A stretch of 64,000 nt of DNA from an uncultured Rivularia sp. (lineage in GTDB: Bacteria > Cyanobacteriota > Cyanobacteriia > Cyanobacteriales > Nostocaceae): NCBI GenBank assembly GCA_963665115.1, contig OY762007.1, forward strand, positions 6,048,001-6,112,000. The letters run 5' to 3'. Both the position numbers and the translations under genes were made by a program. This document shows positions 1 through 9,639 of this stretch, piece by piece. The notes below the pieces were generated by a model. That model was not told the DNA's origin. It did no database searches and saw nothing but the letters and a program-made list of their open reading frames with translations. Position 1 is the stretch's first letter, and each line of letters begins with the position of its first letter.

Positions 1-747
1 CAAAGAAATAGAATTAGTTAGTCCTCATAGTAATGAGGTTTGGTAGAGAAAAAACTCTATTTTTGTCATTGAGAAGTCGAATACAGTTAATATATAGCAA
101 GTAGCTAGATAATTAATATCGCTAAAAACGCCGTAAAAGGCTAAAAATTGACTTATTATCACAGTATTTATAACTATTGTGCAACTTTATTAACTGTCAC
201 CGAAGTATTTTGTATTACTATTCTCTTGAATTCAAAATTATATAAGCATAGTTATAAAAATTTCTCTATAAAGGAATTATTCTCAGTATATACCTTGTTT
301 TTATCCAGTTAAAGAAAAAATCCACATAACAAATTACTTATCTCTTGATTACTCTTATTTTGTCAAAGATTTGACGACTTATAACAGTCACTTATCTTAT
401 TTTTCTACTTACATAGAATTTGAATATTTTCAATATAGTTTGTATATCAAATAATACATCCGATTAAGATTTTCTTTGTATCAATAAAAACGTTTCGACT
501 ACACAATTTTAAAATAACTTGATTGATTAATTTTTGTCGTATTTTTTTGTATCACTTATGATGGGTAAGAACATCGAATCCCGGACAAATTAGAGTTTCG
601 TAAAACGCCAAATTTATTCAAGGAATAAGAATTATTTATTCATCAAAGTGCATCGATAATCATCAGTTAATCAAGAAGTTTATCTGGATAAAACTTTGAT
701 ATTTCTCTCCTAAATCCACGTTGTTAAATAACTAATTGAGGTCAATG

Positions 748-921
748 CGAAGGAAGAGGGAAGAGGGAAGAAGGAAGAAGTTTTTAGTTTTGGAATCTGA
801 TTGAACTCCTTCCAAATTTTAGCCGCTGTAAACGATGGGGCTTGCAACCTTCCGGAAAAGTTAGAAGAATCGCCAACTTCCTTCTTAGAGGTCGTTCGCG
901 TAGCGTCTGTGCTAGGAGAAA
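748..921. repeat. Heptamer (GGAAGAG-type) tandem-repeat element followed by a short dispersed-repeat-like motif (GTTCGCGTAGCGTCTG..GGAG)
   Basis: About 4 GGAAGAR units at 752-780 then a GC-richer core; resembles the short tandem/dispersed repeats of heterocystous cyanobacteria. Confidence 0.55.
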
Positions 922-945
922 GACTTTTGGTCAAGATATATAGTG

Positions 946-968
946 GTGGCAATTTAATATATTGCCAC
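946..968. promoter_or_regulatory. Inverted repeat upstream of the replication operon, possible operator
   Basis: GTGGCAAT (946-953) N7 ATTGCCAC (961-968), about 75 nt before the 1045 ATG. Confidence 0.3.
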
Positions 969-1044
969 TATTGTTGAAACCATTATATGGAGGGCGCGTT
1001 TTTCCATCACTACGACTTATGGTGGACTATTCGCGTAAATAAAA

Positions 1045-1425
1045 ATGACAAATTCGAGTCAACTATTCTCTAAAAAATATCTTCAAGATGGAGATTTTTT
1101 AGTAGCTATTGAGCGCATAAAAATAAAGCACAAATTATTTAGAGTAGTTGCTTATAAATTAGCAACTGGGGAAACTGCTATTACAACTCGACAAATGGCA
1201 GTTTCTGTTAAAAAACCATGCTACACGGCTCGTCAATTCATGCGGAAGATGGGAGTTGAGCCAGTTCGAGTTCAAATGCCCAATCGCTCGGTTACAGATA
1301 TGATTTCCATTTCAATTGTCATGGCTTTCTGGAAATCTCTCAACGAAGAGGGTGAGGGGAATCCACTTACCAAAATAGGTCAAAAATATTTGGACAAATA
1401 TTTAACCGAATCTGAAGTCAGTTAG
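1045..1425 (+). CDS. Hypothetical protein, possibly DNA-binding, first gene of the replication operon
   Basis: 126-aa ATG ORF, basic, co-oriented with the rep-like gene and dnaB. Confidence 0.6.
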   Translation: MTNSSQLFSKKYLQDGDFLVAIERIKIKHKLFRVVAYKLATGETAITTRQMAVSVKKPCYTARQFMRKMGVEPVRVQMPNRSVTDMISISIVMAFWKSLNEEGEGNPLTKIGQKYLDKYLTESEVS

Positions 1426-1487
1426 AGAGGAGGAGGGGAAGAGGAGGGAGGGAGTGAGAGAGTGAGGGAGGGAGGGAGGGAGGAGTG
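1424..1487. repeat. Purine-rich GAGTGAGR/GGGA tandem repeat tract
   Basis: Near-pure G/A tract right after the stop codon; the same unit recurs at 6041-6078, 9600-9630 (reverse) and 13233-13310. Confidence 0.75.
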
Positions 1488-1547
1488 ACAATTGTGATGA
1501 CAATTTTTTGACTTCTGGCTTCAAGCAAACTAAGCAAATCTAGTTAT

Positions 1548-2471
1548 ATGGTACTTCAAAAACAGCCAAATGCTATCTCAGATGGCATTCACAAGAGTGT
1601 GGAAACAAACGGTTTTTATCAAATACCTAATTCAATGGCTATCAAAGCTATTCGTGGGAAACTTACTGCTGCTGATTGGGCTTTATGGTCTTATTTACAA
1701 ATGATAGACCCTTTTGGAGACAAGATGATTGAATTACCAAAAATTCCAGAAATAGCTGAAGCTATAGGAATAAGCTCGCGACAAATCAAACGCTCTCTTT
1801 CGCGTTTGGAAGAATTAGAGCTTTATGTTTGGGAACCGATTTTAGTTCGCGGTCAAAATTTAGCTGGTAAAAAAGCGAAAGAACTTTGTCAACAGAAAAG
1901 AATAAATAAATCCTCTGAAAAAAATAAAATGACAGATTTGTCCGACTCTGGACAATCCTGTCCAAATGATGACAGAATTGTCCAAACCATGACAGATTTG
2001 TCAAAAAATGGACAGAATTGTCCAAATCGAGAGCCAGAACCCTTGCCTAGCAATGGTTCTAAATCCCCTCAGACTTATTCAGACTTTATACAGACTCTCT
2101 CAGAAGGCGAGAGAGAGAATTTTCTGGAATTTTCAAAAAAGAAAGCAGCTTTATTACCCAAACCTCCGCAACTACCTATCAAGTGGATTGAAGCTAACTT
2201 TGAAGATTTACATTGCCAATGGTTGGACACGAAGAAGCAAAATTGTAAATATAACTTCGAGGCTTACAGCGAATCGCAGCACCAAATGTGGTACGGACAA
2301 CTGCAAGTTGTTGTGGAAGGAGCAATCAAGCTCGGTGATGACAAGAATTTGCAGCTATTTTTCAAAGATGATTTTTACAAATGCTGGTTTAATTGGGCGA
2401 AATCAACCCGTGCAGATGTCCGCGAACTTTTAGCAAATAGTCCAATACTGCAACAGAAGAATTATGAGTGA
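1548..2471 (+). CDS. Putative replication initiator (N-terminal winged HTH), lambda O-like organisation
   Basis: HTH-like segment IPEIAEAIGISSRQIKRSLSRLEE; overlaps the dnaB start; contains an internal 20-bp-period palindrome array. Confidence 0.65.
   Translation: MVLQKQPNAISDGIHKSVETNGFYQIPNSMAIKAIRGKLTAADWALWSYLQMIDPFGDKMIELPKIPEIAEAIGISSRQIKRSLSRLEELELYVWEPILVRGQNLAGKKAKELCQQKRINKSSEKNKMTDLSDSGQSCPNDDRIVQTMTDLSKNGQNCPNREPEPLPSNGSKSPQTYSDFIQTLSEGERENFLEFSKKKAALLPKPPQLPIKWIEANFEDLHCQWLDTKKQNCKYNFEAYSESQHQMWYGQLQVVVEGAIKLGDDKNLQLFFKDDFYKCWFNWAKSTRADVRELLANSPILQQKNYE
1931..2022. repeat. Five GACA-N4-TGTC palindromes at exact 20-bp period (iteron-like origin candidate)
   Basis: Units start at 1931, 1951, 1971, 1991 and 2011 (GACAGATTTGTC, GACAATCCTGTC, GACAGAATTGTC, GACAGATTTGTC, GACAGAATTGTC). 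Confidence 0.85.
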
Positions 2472-3810
2472 AAATCTAAGTTTTGTTAGTAGCGACAAAA
2501 TACCTCCTCAAAATATCGAAGCGGAGGAAGCGATTTTGGGTGGTATACTGCTTGACCCCGGAGCGATTGCTAGGGTTAAAGACATTCTTGTTGCAAAAGC
2601 TTTTTACATCAGCGCCCATCGGGATATTTATATCGCTGCCCTAGAACTTCATGGCAAAGGTAATCCCACGGATTTACTTGCAGTTATTAATTGGCTATCT
2701 GACCATAATCAACTTGCAAAAATCGGTGGTAGGAATAAATTAGCGTCCCTTGTAGACCGGACTGTATCGGCAGTTAACATCGATGCCTTAGCGCAATTGG
2801 TGATGGATAAATACTACCGAAGGCAATTGATTCATGTAAGCGGCGAAATTTTCGAGTTGGCGCACGACCAAACTCAAGAGATAGGTAAACAGTTAGAAAC
2901 AGCATTTTCAAAGGTTTTAGAGGTAAATAACAGCGCTATCGCGTCACAATCAGAGCCAACCTCATTGTCGTCTATCCTGATGAATGCTTTTGAACGAATC
3001 GAATCAAGAAATATCGGTACAAGGTCATCCGGGATAACAACTGGGTTTTGTAACCTAAATGCAATGCTAGGAGGATTAAAACCAGAAAAACTTATAACAA
3101 TCGCCGGTCGTCCGGCAATGGGCAAATCATCATTTTTAGGCAATTTAGCTTTTAACATTTCATCGCTAGAATCACTGCCAACCGTAATTTTTAGTCTTGA
3201 GATGGGTAGGGAAGAATGGGGTGATAGATTTTTATCTCAAGATGTTTCTATCGAATCGATTCATCTGCAAAATGGTTCTATTAGTAAATCTCAATGGCAT
3301 CCTTTAGCGAAATCGATTAGTAAGTTAAGCGAACTGCCTATTTACATTGACGATTCGCCTGTATTAACAGTTAATTTGATTCGTTCCAAAGTTAAACAAC
3401 TTATTGCTAAATACAGTCGCATTGGTATGGTTGGAATTGACTATTTGCAATTAATGGAAGGAACGGATGGTGATAATTATAATTTAGCTTTTCAAATAGG
3501 AAAAATTACCCGAGGGTTAAAACAATTAGCACGCGAATGTAACACTACTGTTGTCATATTGTCACAGTTAAATCGTGGTGTAGAAAGTCGAAATATCAAA
3601 CGTCCTGTGATGTCAGACTTAAGAGAATCTGGGCGAATTGAAGAAGATTCGGATTTAGTTTTACTCCTTTACCGTGATGAATATTACCACCCCGATACGG
3701 TTGATAGAGGTATTGCAGAAATAATTGTTGCTAAAAATAGAGGCGGACCAACAGGAACTATAAAACTGCTATTTGACGCACAATTTACTTGTTTTAAAAA
3801 TTTGGCTTGA
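2464..3810 (+). CDS. dnaB: Replicative DNA helicase DnaB (mobile-element copy)
   Basis: PPQNIEAEEAILG N-terminus, Walker A GRPAMGKS, DYLQL, SQLNR, SDLRESG.IEEDSD, KNRGGPTG. Confidence 0.96.
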   Translation: MSENLSFVSSDKIPPQNIEAEEAILGGILLDPGAIARVKDILVAKAFYISAHRDIYIAALELHGKGNPTDLLAVINWLSDHNQLAKIGGRNKLASLVDRTVSAVNIDALAQLVMDKYYRRQLIHVSGEIFELAHDQTQEIGKQLETAFSKVLEVNNSAIASQSEPTSLSSILMNAFERIESRNIGTRSSGITTGFCNLNAMLGGLKPEKLITIAGRPAMGKSSFLGNLAFNISSLESLPTVIFSLEMGREEWGDRFLSQDVSIESIHLQNGSISKSQWHPLAKSISKLSELPIYIDDSPVLTVNLIRSKVKQLIAKYSRIGMVGIDYLQLMEGTDGDNYNLAFQIGKITRGLKQLARECNTTVVILSQLNRGVESRNIKRPVMSDLRESGRIEEDSDLVLLLYRDEYYHPDTVDRGIAEIIVAKNRGGPTGTIKLLFDAQFTCFKNLA

Positions 3811-3821
3811 GGAAGTGAAAA

Positions 3822-4157
3822 ATGAAGATGCTTTTTGATGTAGAACAATACAAGCAACCCAAAAAACAAAGTTATACAGGCGATTGGAATGGTGTTAGAT
3901 ATGACCCCACCTGGGATGAACCCGATGACATACCTGAGTTAAAAAACGAAGTTTCCACACCTGTGGAAGTTTTACAAGAAAAAGAAGAAATACCTCATCA
4001 TACTTCCTTAAACTGCTCGCGGGTAGTACGTAAGAAAAAATCTTCCGATTGCTGGTACACACCACCCTATATCCTTGAATTAGTAGTTCAGGTGCTTGGA
4101 GAAATAGACCTAGACCCTTCTCAAACCTATGCTCAAGGAAGCTTTAGCAGAATTTGA
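3822..4157 (+). pseudogene. 5' fragment of a phage/plasmid-type DNA N6-adenine methyltransferase
   Basis: DCWYTPP...GEIDLDP motif of the phage Dam-like family; similarity stops at about 4117 and the NPPY catalytic motif is absent. Confidence 0.65.
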
Positions 4158-4857
4158 TGCGCCAACAGGAAAGGTAAATGCCAACTTAATCGGTTACGAG
4201 TGTTTTCCTGAAGGTGGTGGAATTTATGCCATGTATTGCAAAAATACGGGTGAAGCAATAAGACGCAAAGTCATCGGTTTGGTGATGTTGGGATATCGAA
4301 ATGCCTCTGCAATCATATCTCGGCGCGGTATTTTGAATCGGGGTAAAACTGCTACATTGGGTATGGCTAAGATGGTAGAAAAAGTTATTGAAGGTACATC
4401 AGGGTTAGAAGCACAAGAATTGATTGAAGCGATTGTAGCTGCTGGTGATGAACCGAAGCCACAACATTTTTACCATCTATATAGTTCTAGTAATCTTCGA
4501 GATACTCAAATTGAAAAGATTATATCTGTTGTAAATTCTTCTAGAGCAGAATATGCGATTGCGCTTGTGAATTGGTTAAAAGAGGTACTGCCGAATAACA
4601 ATGAATTGGATGAATTAATTATCTGTGGTGGTACGGCTGATTATTTGCGAGAAGAGTTAGACGCAGTTTTTCCAACAATACCTATAGTTTGGCATGGAAA
4701 TGTGAACATTCCGCAAACACTTAACGAACAATGGTTGGGGAATCGTTTAGCTGATGTATGGGCGCTTTCGGTTTACCACGGTATTAAAGTTAGAGCAGTT
4801 ATGAGAGAGGTGATGAGTGGGAAAGGAGGAGAAAGCAAAGGGTTAAAAGATGGTTAG
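4129..4857 (+). pseudogene. 5'-truncated ParM/StbA-family actin-like plasmid segregation ATPase
   Basis: PEGGG connect motif, MLGYRNAS, ICGGTA adenosine motif and RLADVW are present; the N-terminal phosphate-1 DxG motif is missing and an in-frame stop lies at 4111-4113. Confidence 0.7.
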
Positions 4858-5318
4858 AAAAAAGGACTTCACATGGCGGTATCAGCCACCTCTGGATTCA
4901 GATAGAGCGACAATGCTTAGCTATATTCAAAATGAAGGGCCTACATCCATTTCAAAATAAAACCGTAATGATAATGACTGCTCTAAATGCATATTACATG
5001 GCTTTAGCACTGTACAGCGAAGGTAGTTATTCTCGCGAAACTTTGGAATTGATATTTCTGGATTCGGTAAAGGCGATCGCAAATCATCTTCAGTACGTCA
5101 GCATTGCGATAAAAGTAGACGAACACGCAGTTACAGATGTTTTATGCACTGTATTTGGAGGATTAGAGACAAGAAAAACTCAAAAAGATACGCCATTACA
5201 ATATAGTACACAATTACCACCATCAGACCAAAATGAAGAATCATCTGATTTAAATTTACAAGCATGGAATTTAGCAGGAATGACAACAGATAGCGAAACC
5301 TTTAACCCCGGAAATTGA
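4850..5318 (+). CDS. Hypothetical protein downstream of ParM (possible partition adaptor), frameshifted near 4939
   Basis: The ATG at 4850 overlaps the ParM stop and reads MVRKKDFTWRYQPP...YIQNEG; removing one base in GGGCC joins it to the 4932..5318 ORF. Confidence 0.55.
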
Positions 5319-5320
5319 TT

Positions 5321-6040
5321 ATGGCAAGAATACATTTAGTTGATGGTGAAAAGGGAGGAGTCGGGAAGTCGCTGTTTACCCGCGTTATGGTGCAGTATGC
5401 AATTGACCATAAATTGGAACATACTTTGGTGGATGCAGATATAACGAATCAAGATGTGAAACGCTTCTATGATTATGCTGTTGATGCTGAATTTAGTGAA
5501 GCTGTAAACAAAGGGGATAAAGCCGACATAATTTTTGAATTAGCTAGGAAAAAACCCGTTATAGTTAATCTTCCCGCGAATGTATTTCCAAAAGTTAATA
5601 ATTGGATAAAAAACGGACGTTTATTGGAAGTTGCAGATAAATACGGTGTAGATATTTGTAAGTGGTTTGTCTGTGATGGTGGTTTTGAATCTATAGATTT
5701 ATTCAAACAATCCATAAAATTGTACAAAGATAAAATGCTTCATGTGTTTGTCAAGAATTTAGGTAAAACAGATGATTGGAGTTTTTTAAAGGATAACCCG
5801 TCCTTTAAAGAGTTGTGTAAAAAGCATGAAAAGACTTTAAAAATAATTGAATTTCCGCTTCTGTATCCGGGAGATAGATATTTTATCGACTCTAATAAGT
5901 TTCGGTTTGATGCAAAAGAAATTGAAGAAATAATGCCTATAATGTCACAGCAAAGATTATTTACTTTTTTAAGCGAATCAAATCAAGCTATTGAAAGTAC
6001 TCAAAGGTGGAAAAAAAGGCAGATGGCAGAAGGTAAATAA
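5321..6040 (+). CDS. MobD-like / ParA-MinD-family P-loop protein
   Basis: Deviant Walker A DGEKGGVGKS, VDAD and IVNLPA motifs; recalled as typical of cyanobacterial plasmid mobilisation regions. Confidence 0.7.
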   Translation: MARIHLVDGEKGGVGKSLFTRVMVQYAIDHKLEHTLVDADITNQDVKRFYDYAVDAEFSEAVNKGDKADIIFELARKKPVIVNLPANVFPKVNNWIKNGRLLEVADKYGVDICKWFVCDGGFESIDLFKQSIKLYKDKMLHVFVKNLGKTDDWSFLKDNPSFKELCKKHEKTLKIIEFPLLYPGDRYFIDSNKFRFDAKEIEEIMPIMSQQRLFTFLSESNQAIESTQRWKKRQMAEGK

Positions 6041-6078
6041 AGAGTGAGGGAGTGAGAGAGTGAGGGAGTGAGGGAGAG
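6041..6078. repeat. GAGTGAGR octamer tandem repeat
   Basis: AGAGTGAGGGAGTGAGAGAGTGAGGGAGTGAGGGAGAG directly after the stop codon. Confidence 0.75.
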
Positions 6079-6154
6079 GTAATTGAATGGAGTTTTAATG
6101 GAGTTTTAGACCCTCCTGTCTCAATAAAAATTACTCATACATGAGGTAAGTAAT

Positions 6155-7153
6155 ATGAATTACGACCTTCAAATTTTATACGAAACCAATCAAGCTTTTA
6201 ACTGCGATGTAGTCACTGCTGATGAAGAGAAATATATGGGAAGACTATATATTCTTACTACAGACGATACTACCTTGAAAAATTTAGGAATTAAAGAAGA
6301 ATGGTACCTTGCTCACGAAGAAGCTGATGTATTAGTTAGCGGACATATTAATAGTGATGGTAAGTGGAGTTTATCAACCTGGAGAAATTTAGAACCAAGT
6401 TTTGAATATACAACTCGTAACAAAATATTTGACCAAGTGTTTAGTCCTGAATATGTTTGGAAACTAATGCATTTTCGTGAAGAAAATATCATAAGCATAT
6501 CTCAAAAAACAAGTATTCCTGACAGCTTTAATGATAGTGATGATAATAATTCAAATGGAATGAATAGAAAATATTTAGGTATTATGCCAGGACAACTAAA
6601 CATTACTACAGAGAATTTGAATATATTACAGGGTTTAATTATGCATTCATATGATTCTTCATCAGTTAATTTAGAGCAAGATTTAGAAACCGAGATTATT
6701 TCTGTATATAACGAGCAAGAATCAGCAATAAAAAGCACAAACATAAATGAAATTATGAACCACTTTCAACGAGAATATGCTCCTTTATTAGATGAAAAGG
6801 AATTATTTCATGCTCAGATAGATTTAACCGAAAGAATCATGGATGAATATGAGAAACGCCAAAAAGACGAGTTTGTCTTTACACCTTTAGGAATTGTCAC
6901 AATAAATGCCGAAGAAAGTTGTTGCAGTTTAAAAGATTCAGAAGATGGTCATACTATATTTACTGCGACTTTTGATGCTGATATTATTCACGGATTAAAT
7001 GATACTGATGCTCTTAAGATTGAAATGATTTTACATCAGTTTGATAGAGAAGATTTTCGACGAGCGAGAAGTATGCTTCAAGAAGAAAAGTTAATTCATC
7101 AAGAAAACGGTTCCCAACTCAACCGAAATGCAGGAATAGATTATGATTTATAG
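6155..7153 (+). CDS. Hypothetical acidic protein
   Basis: 332-aa ORF with a GAGG RBS; no motif recognised. Confidence 0.7.
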   Translation: MNYDLQILYETNQAFNCDVVTADEEKYMGRLYILTTDDTTLKNLGIKEEWYLAHEEADVLVSGHINSDGKWSLSTWRNLEPSFEYTTRNKIFDQVFSPEYVWKLMHFREENIISISQKTSIPDSFNDSDDNNSNGMNRKYLGIMPGQLNITTENLNILQGLIMHSYDSSSVNLEQDLETEIISVYNEQESAIKSTNINEIMNHFQREYAPLLDEKELFHAQIDLTERIMDEYEKRQKDEFVFTPLGIVTINAEESCCSLKDSEDGHTIFTATFDADIIHGLNDTDALKIEMILHQFDREDFRRARSMLQEEKLIHQENGSQLNRNAGIDYDL

Positions 7154-7808
7154 TTTACGAAAAGCGAAAAATGAAAGTTATCTGAATAAGTTACTTGAAG
7201 GAAAAGATGCGGACTTTCAAAGAAGAGTTTTAGCTGTAGCTGTTGAACATGGGTTATCTACAAGTGACCCTTTATTTCTAATAATGATTTCCACTGGTCA
7301 ACTTCAAGTTTTGTTGGAAGATAAACCGAGTGAATTAGACCAATTATTTAAACGTTGGTCGGAAGCAATTTACGAACATTTGGAGAAAGCAAAGCGTACT
7401 GCTGTAAGTGGTCAGGAAGTGGAAATCCGTTCGATGGTAAACCGGCTTATTAAGCATTGTGAGTCGAAAGAGAGAAGCCGTTTAGTAGTAATGTTACCAG
7501 CGATAGGGCTAATAATAGCAGCAATTGGGTTTGGTGTTTTGACTGGGTTATCTGTTCCGGTATGGCTGGCTGGTGGTTATGCGTCTGGAAAGCCGAAGTT
7601 ATTAACAGTTGAACAAGTTGAAAGTTTACGGTGGTTAAAAAGTTCTCAAGGTCGCTTAGCAAGGAATATTGTTACTTGGAATTCTGAAAGTTTGAGCAAT
7701 TTAAATTGCACTAATAATCCGGAGCAAAGGGCTGTAGTTAATAATGCTAAAGGCAAACATATTACTCGTAAAAGTGATTATTGTTTATTGCGGGTTAAAT
7801 CACCTTAA
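7143..7808 (+). CDS. Membrane-anchored plasmid protein (DUF6753-like)
   Basis: DPLFLIMISTGQLQVLLEDKP segment, one hydrophobic TM stretch, W..S.QG.LA..I..WN motif; family assigned from recall. Confidence 0.55.
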   Translation: MIYSLRKAKNESYLNKLLEGKDADFQRRVLAVAVEHGLSTSDPLFLIMISTGQLQVLLEDKPSELDQLFKRWSEAIYEHLEKAKRTAVSGQEVEIRSMVNRLIKHCESKERSRLVVMLPAIGLIIAAIGFGVLTGLSVPVWLAGGYASGKPKLLTVEQVESLRWLKSSQGRLARNIVTWNSESLSNLNCTNNPEQRAVVNNAKGKHITRKSDYCLLRVKSP

Positions 7809-7849
7809 CTCAATAAAATGCTGGTTTTAATCAATATATTTCGGAGGAA

Positions 7850-8651
7850 ATGATGGAAGAATTAACTTGTTACTATAATCAACAAGAATATTGTCAACTA
7901 CCAGAAAATAAACAATTAGATACTAATTCGCCACTCATTTATAAAGACAGTAATTTTAAAAATATCGATAAAATTCGTGCAGTTGTTGTTGAAGACCAAG
8001 AACTAATAGTTATCGGTATCAAGAAAGCATTAGAGCAATATGAAAACATTGAAATTGTTGGAGATGCTTTTAATGCAAAACACGGTTTGACGCTGTTAAA
8101 TAACCTAAAACCTAAAATTGCCATTGTTGATATTTGTTTACCGGATTTTGATGGGATTCAACTAACCAGAGAAATCAAAAGAAAACATTCAGGGGTAAAA
8201 GTCATAATCCTAACTTCGCACTCAGACAGAGAAACTGTGTTGAAAGCATTTGCTGCGGGTGCTACTTCTTATTGCATGAAAGATATTAAATTTGCAAAAT
8301 TAATCGAAGCGATATATCTTACCTGCCTTGGCTACAACTGGATAGACCCCGGCTGTTACCCATTTTGTACTCCAGCAAGCTCAGAAAAATCCCATATGTT
8401 TCAACCGGGATGGTTCCAGAAGTTATGACGATTTAGATGAAGAAATGCTTGACCTGTACACTCTGACAGGCAGGGAATTGCAGATATTAGACCTAATTGT
8501 GAATGGGAATACTAATGCGGCGATCGCCAATCAACTTCATATCACAATCGGAACCGTGAAAAGCCACGTTCGCAATATTCTCAACAAAATTGGTGCAGAA
8601 GACCGTACTCAAGCAGCTGTTCATGCTTTGCGTTACGGCTTAGTGGATTGA
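7850..8651 (+). CDS. NarL/LuxR-family response regulator, frameshifted at the C-run 8347-8350
   Basis: Receiver domain (VVED, VDICLPDFDG, LTS, YCMK) and LuxR HTH (LTGRELQIL...TVKSHVRNILNK); removing one C gives the continuous WIDPAVTHFVLQQ...EEMLDL. Confidence 0.88.
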
Positions 8652-8680
8652 AAAAATTATTACAACAAATGAGGTAAATT

Positions 8681-9550
8681 ATGGCTCAGTTTGATTTGAA
8701 TAATATCCTACAGCAAATAGAACAAGAAATTGAAATCGATGCCCAAGGTCGTGGGAAAGCTAGCATCCGGGCTACCGCTAGATTAGCTGGTGTAAGCGAT
8801 ATGGCATTAAGAAAAGCTTTTACCAGTGCGAACCTAGAGCCAAATGAATTAGCGAAAAAGCTTATAGGTCAAGGTTTTGATGCTGCGAACCTTCAGGATT
8901 GGTCTACATATAGAATACCTGACATTGCCATTTCTACAATTTTAGAATATTACGCTTTCGATGCCCGCAGGTATTGCACGGAACAAGCCAGGTTGACATA
9001 TAAAGCTTTCGCCACCGTTGGAATTCGTAGTTGGATACAGCAAATTAAAAATTGGCAGCAATCCAAACAAGAAGTTGTTTCAGACCAGCCTAGTGTAAAA
9101 GATATTTCGGAAGCAATTTCATCAGTTTTCTGCTTAGGAACAATTAACCCGAATCTCGTACAGGGTTTAATTGCCAATGAAATAGGTAAAGCATATCCTC
9201 ACCTCAAAGCCCAAATGGAGGCTGTAAAGCAATTGCTACCAACTCCTGTTGAAGATGAGTTAGTCACTGTTACTAACCTTGCCAAACTGTATATGGAGCA
9301 TGGAGGTAAAAAATTGAATCAAAATAATAGCAGCCAAAGTAATGCAAAGCTTATGAATAAAATTTTGATAAACAAGGGGATGCAATTCAAAAATCCTAAT
9401 TCCGATGCGAAAAAGAATGGACAACCTTTATATTTACCAACTGAGTTAGGTAAGCAGTATAGTAAAGTCATATTACAAGAAGCAAATAGAAGCAATAAAA
9501 CAATTCAACAATTGCGGTGGTTTCCGGCGGTTTTGGGTTTGATTGATTAG
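8681..9550 (+). CDS. Putative DNA-binding protein, phage antirepressor-like
   Basis: N-terminal HTH-like SIRATARLAGVSDMALRK; C-terminal winged-helix-like MNKILINKGMQ...PTELGKQY...QLRW. Confidence 0.5.
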   Translation: MAQFDLNNILQQIEQEIEIDAQGRGKASIRATARLAGVSDMALRKAFTSANLEPNELAKKLIGQGFDAANLQDWSTYRIPDIAISTILEYYAFDARRYCTEQARLTYKAFATVGIRSWIQQIKNWQQSKQEVVSDQPSVKDISEAISSVFCLGTINPNLVQGLIANEIGKAYPHLKAQMEAVKQLLPTPVEDELVTVTNLAKLYMEHGGKKLNQNNSSQSNAKLMNKILINKGMQFKNPNSDAKKNGQPLYLPTELGKQYSKVILQEANRSNKTIQQLRWFPAVLGLID

Positions 9551-9639
9551 ATATTACATACTTCTGATGCCATAAATTCCGTATACTCTTTTCCTTTCCT
9601 TCCCTCTCTCCCTCTCTCACTCCCTCCCTCGATTAATGC

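Noticed and set aside
710..952. 80-aa minus-strand ORF
   Set aside because: Overlaps repeat elements, non-ATG start, no recognisable motif
1931..2022. 20-bp-period repeats as a CRISPR array
   Set aside because: Repeats are 12 bp with 8-bp gaps, lie inside a CDS, and no cas genes are present; an iteron interpretation fits better
2008..2433. 141-aa alternative-frame ORF inside the initiator gene
   Set aside because: Fully nested on the same strand, begins in the iteron array, no RBS or motif evident
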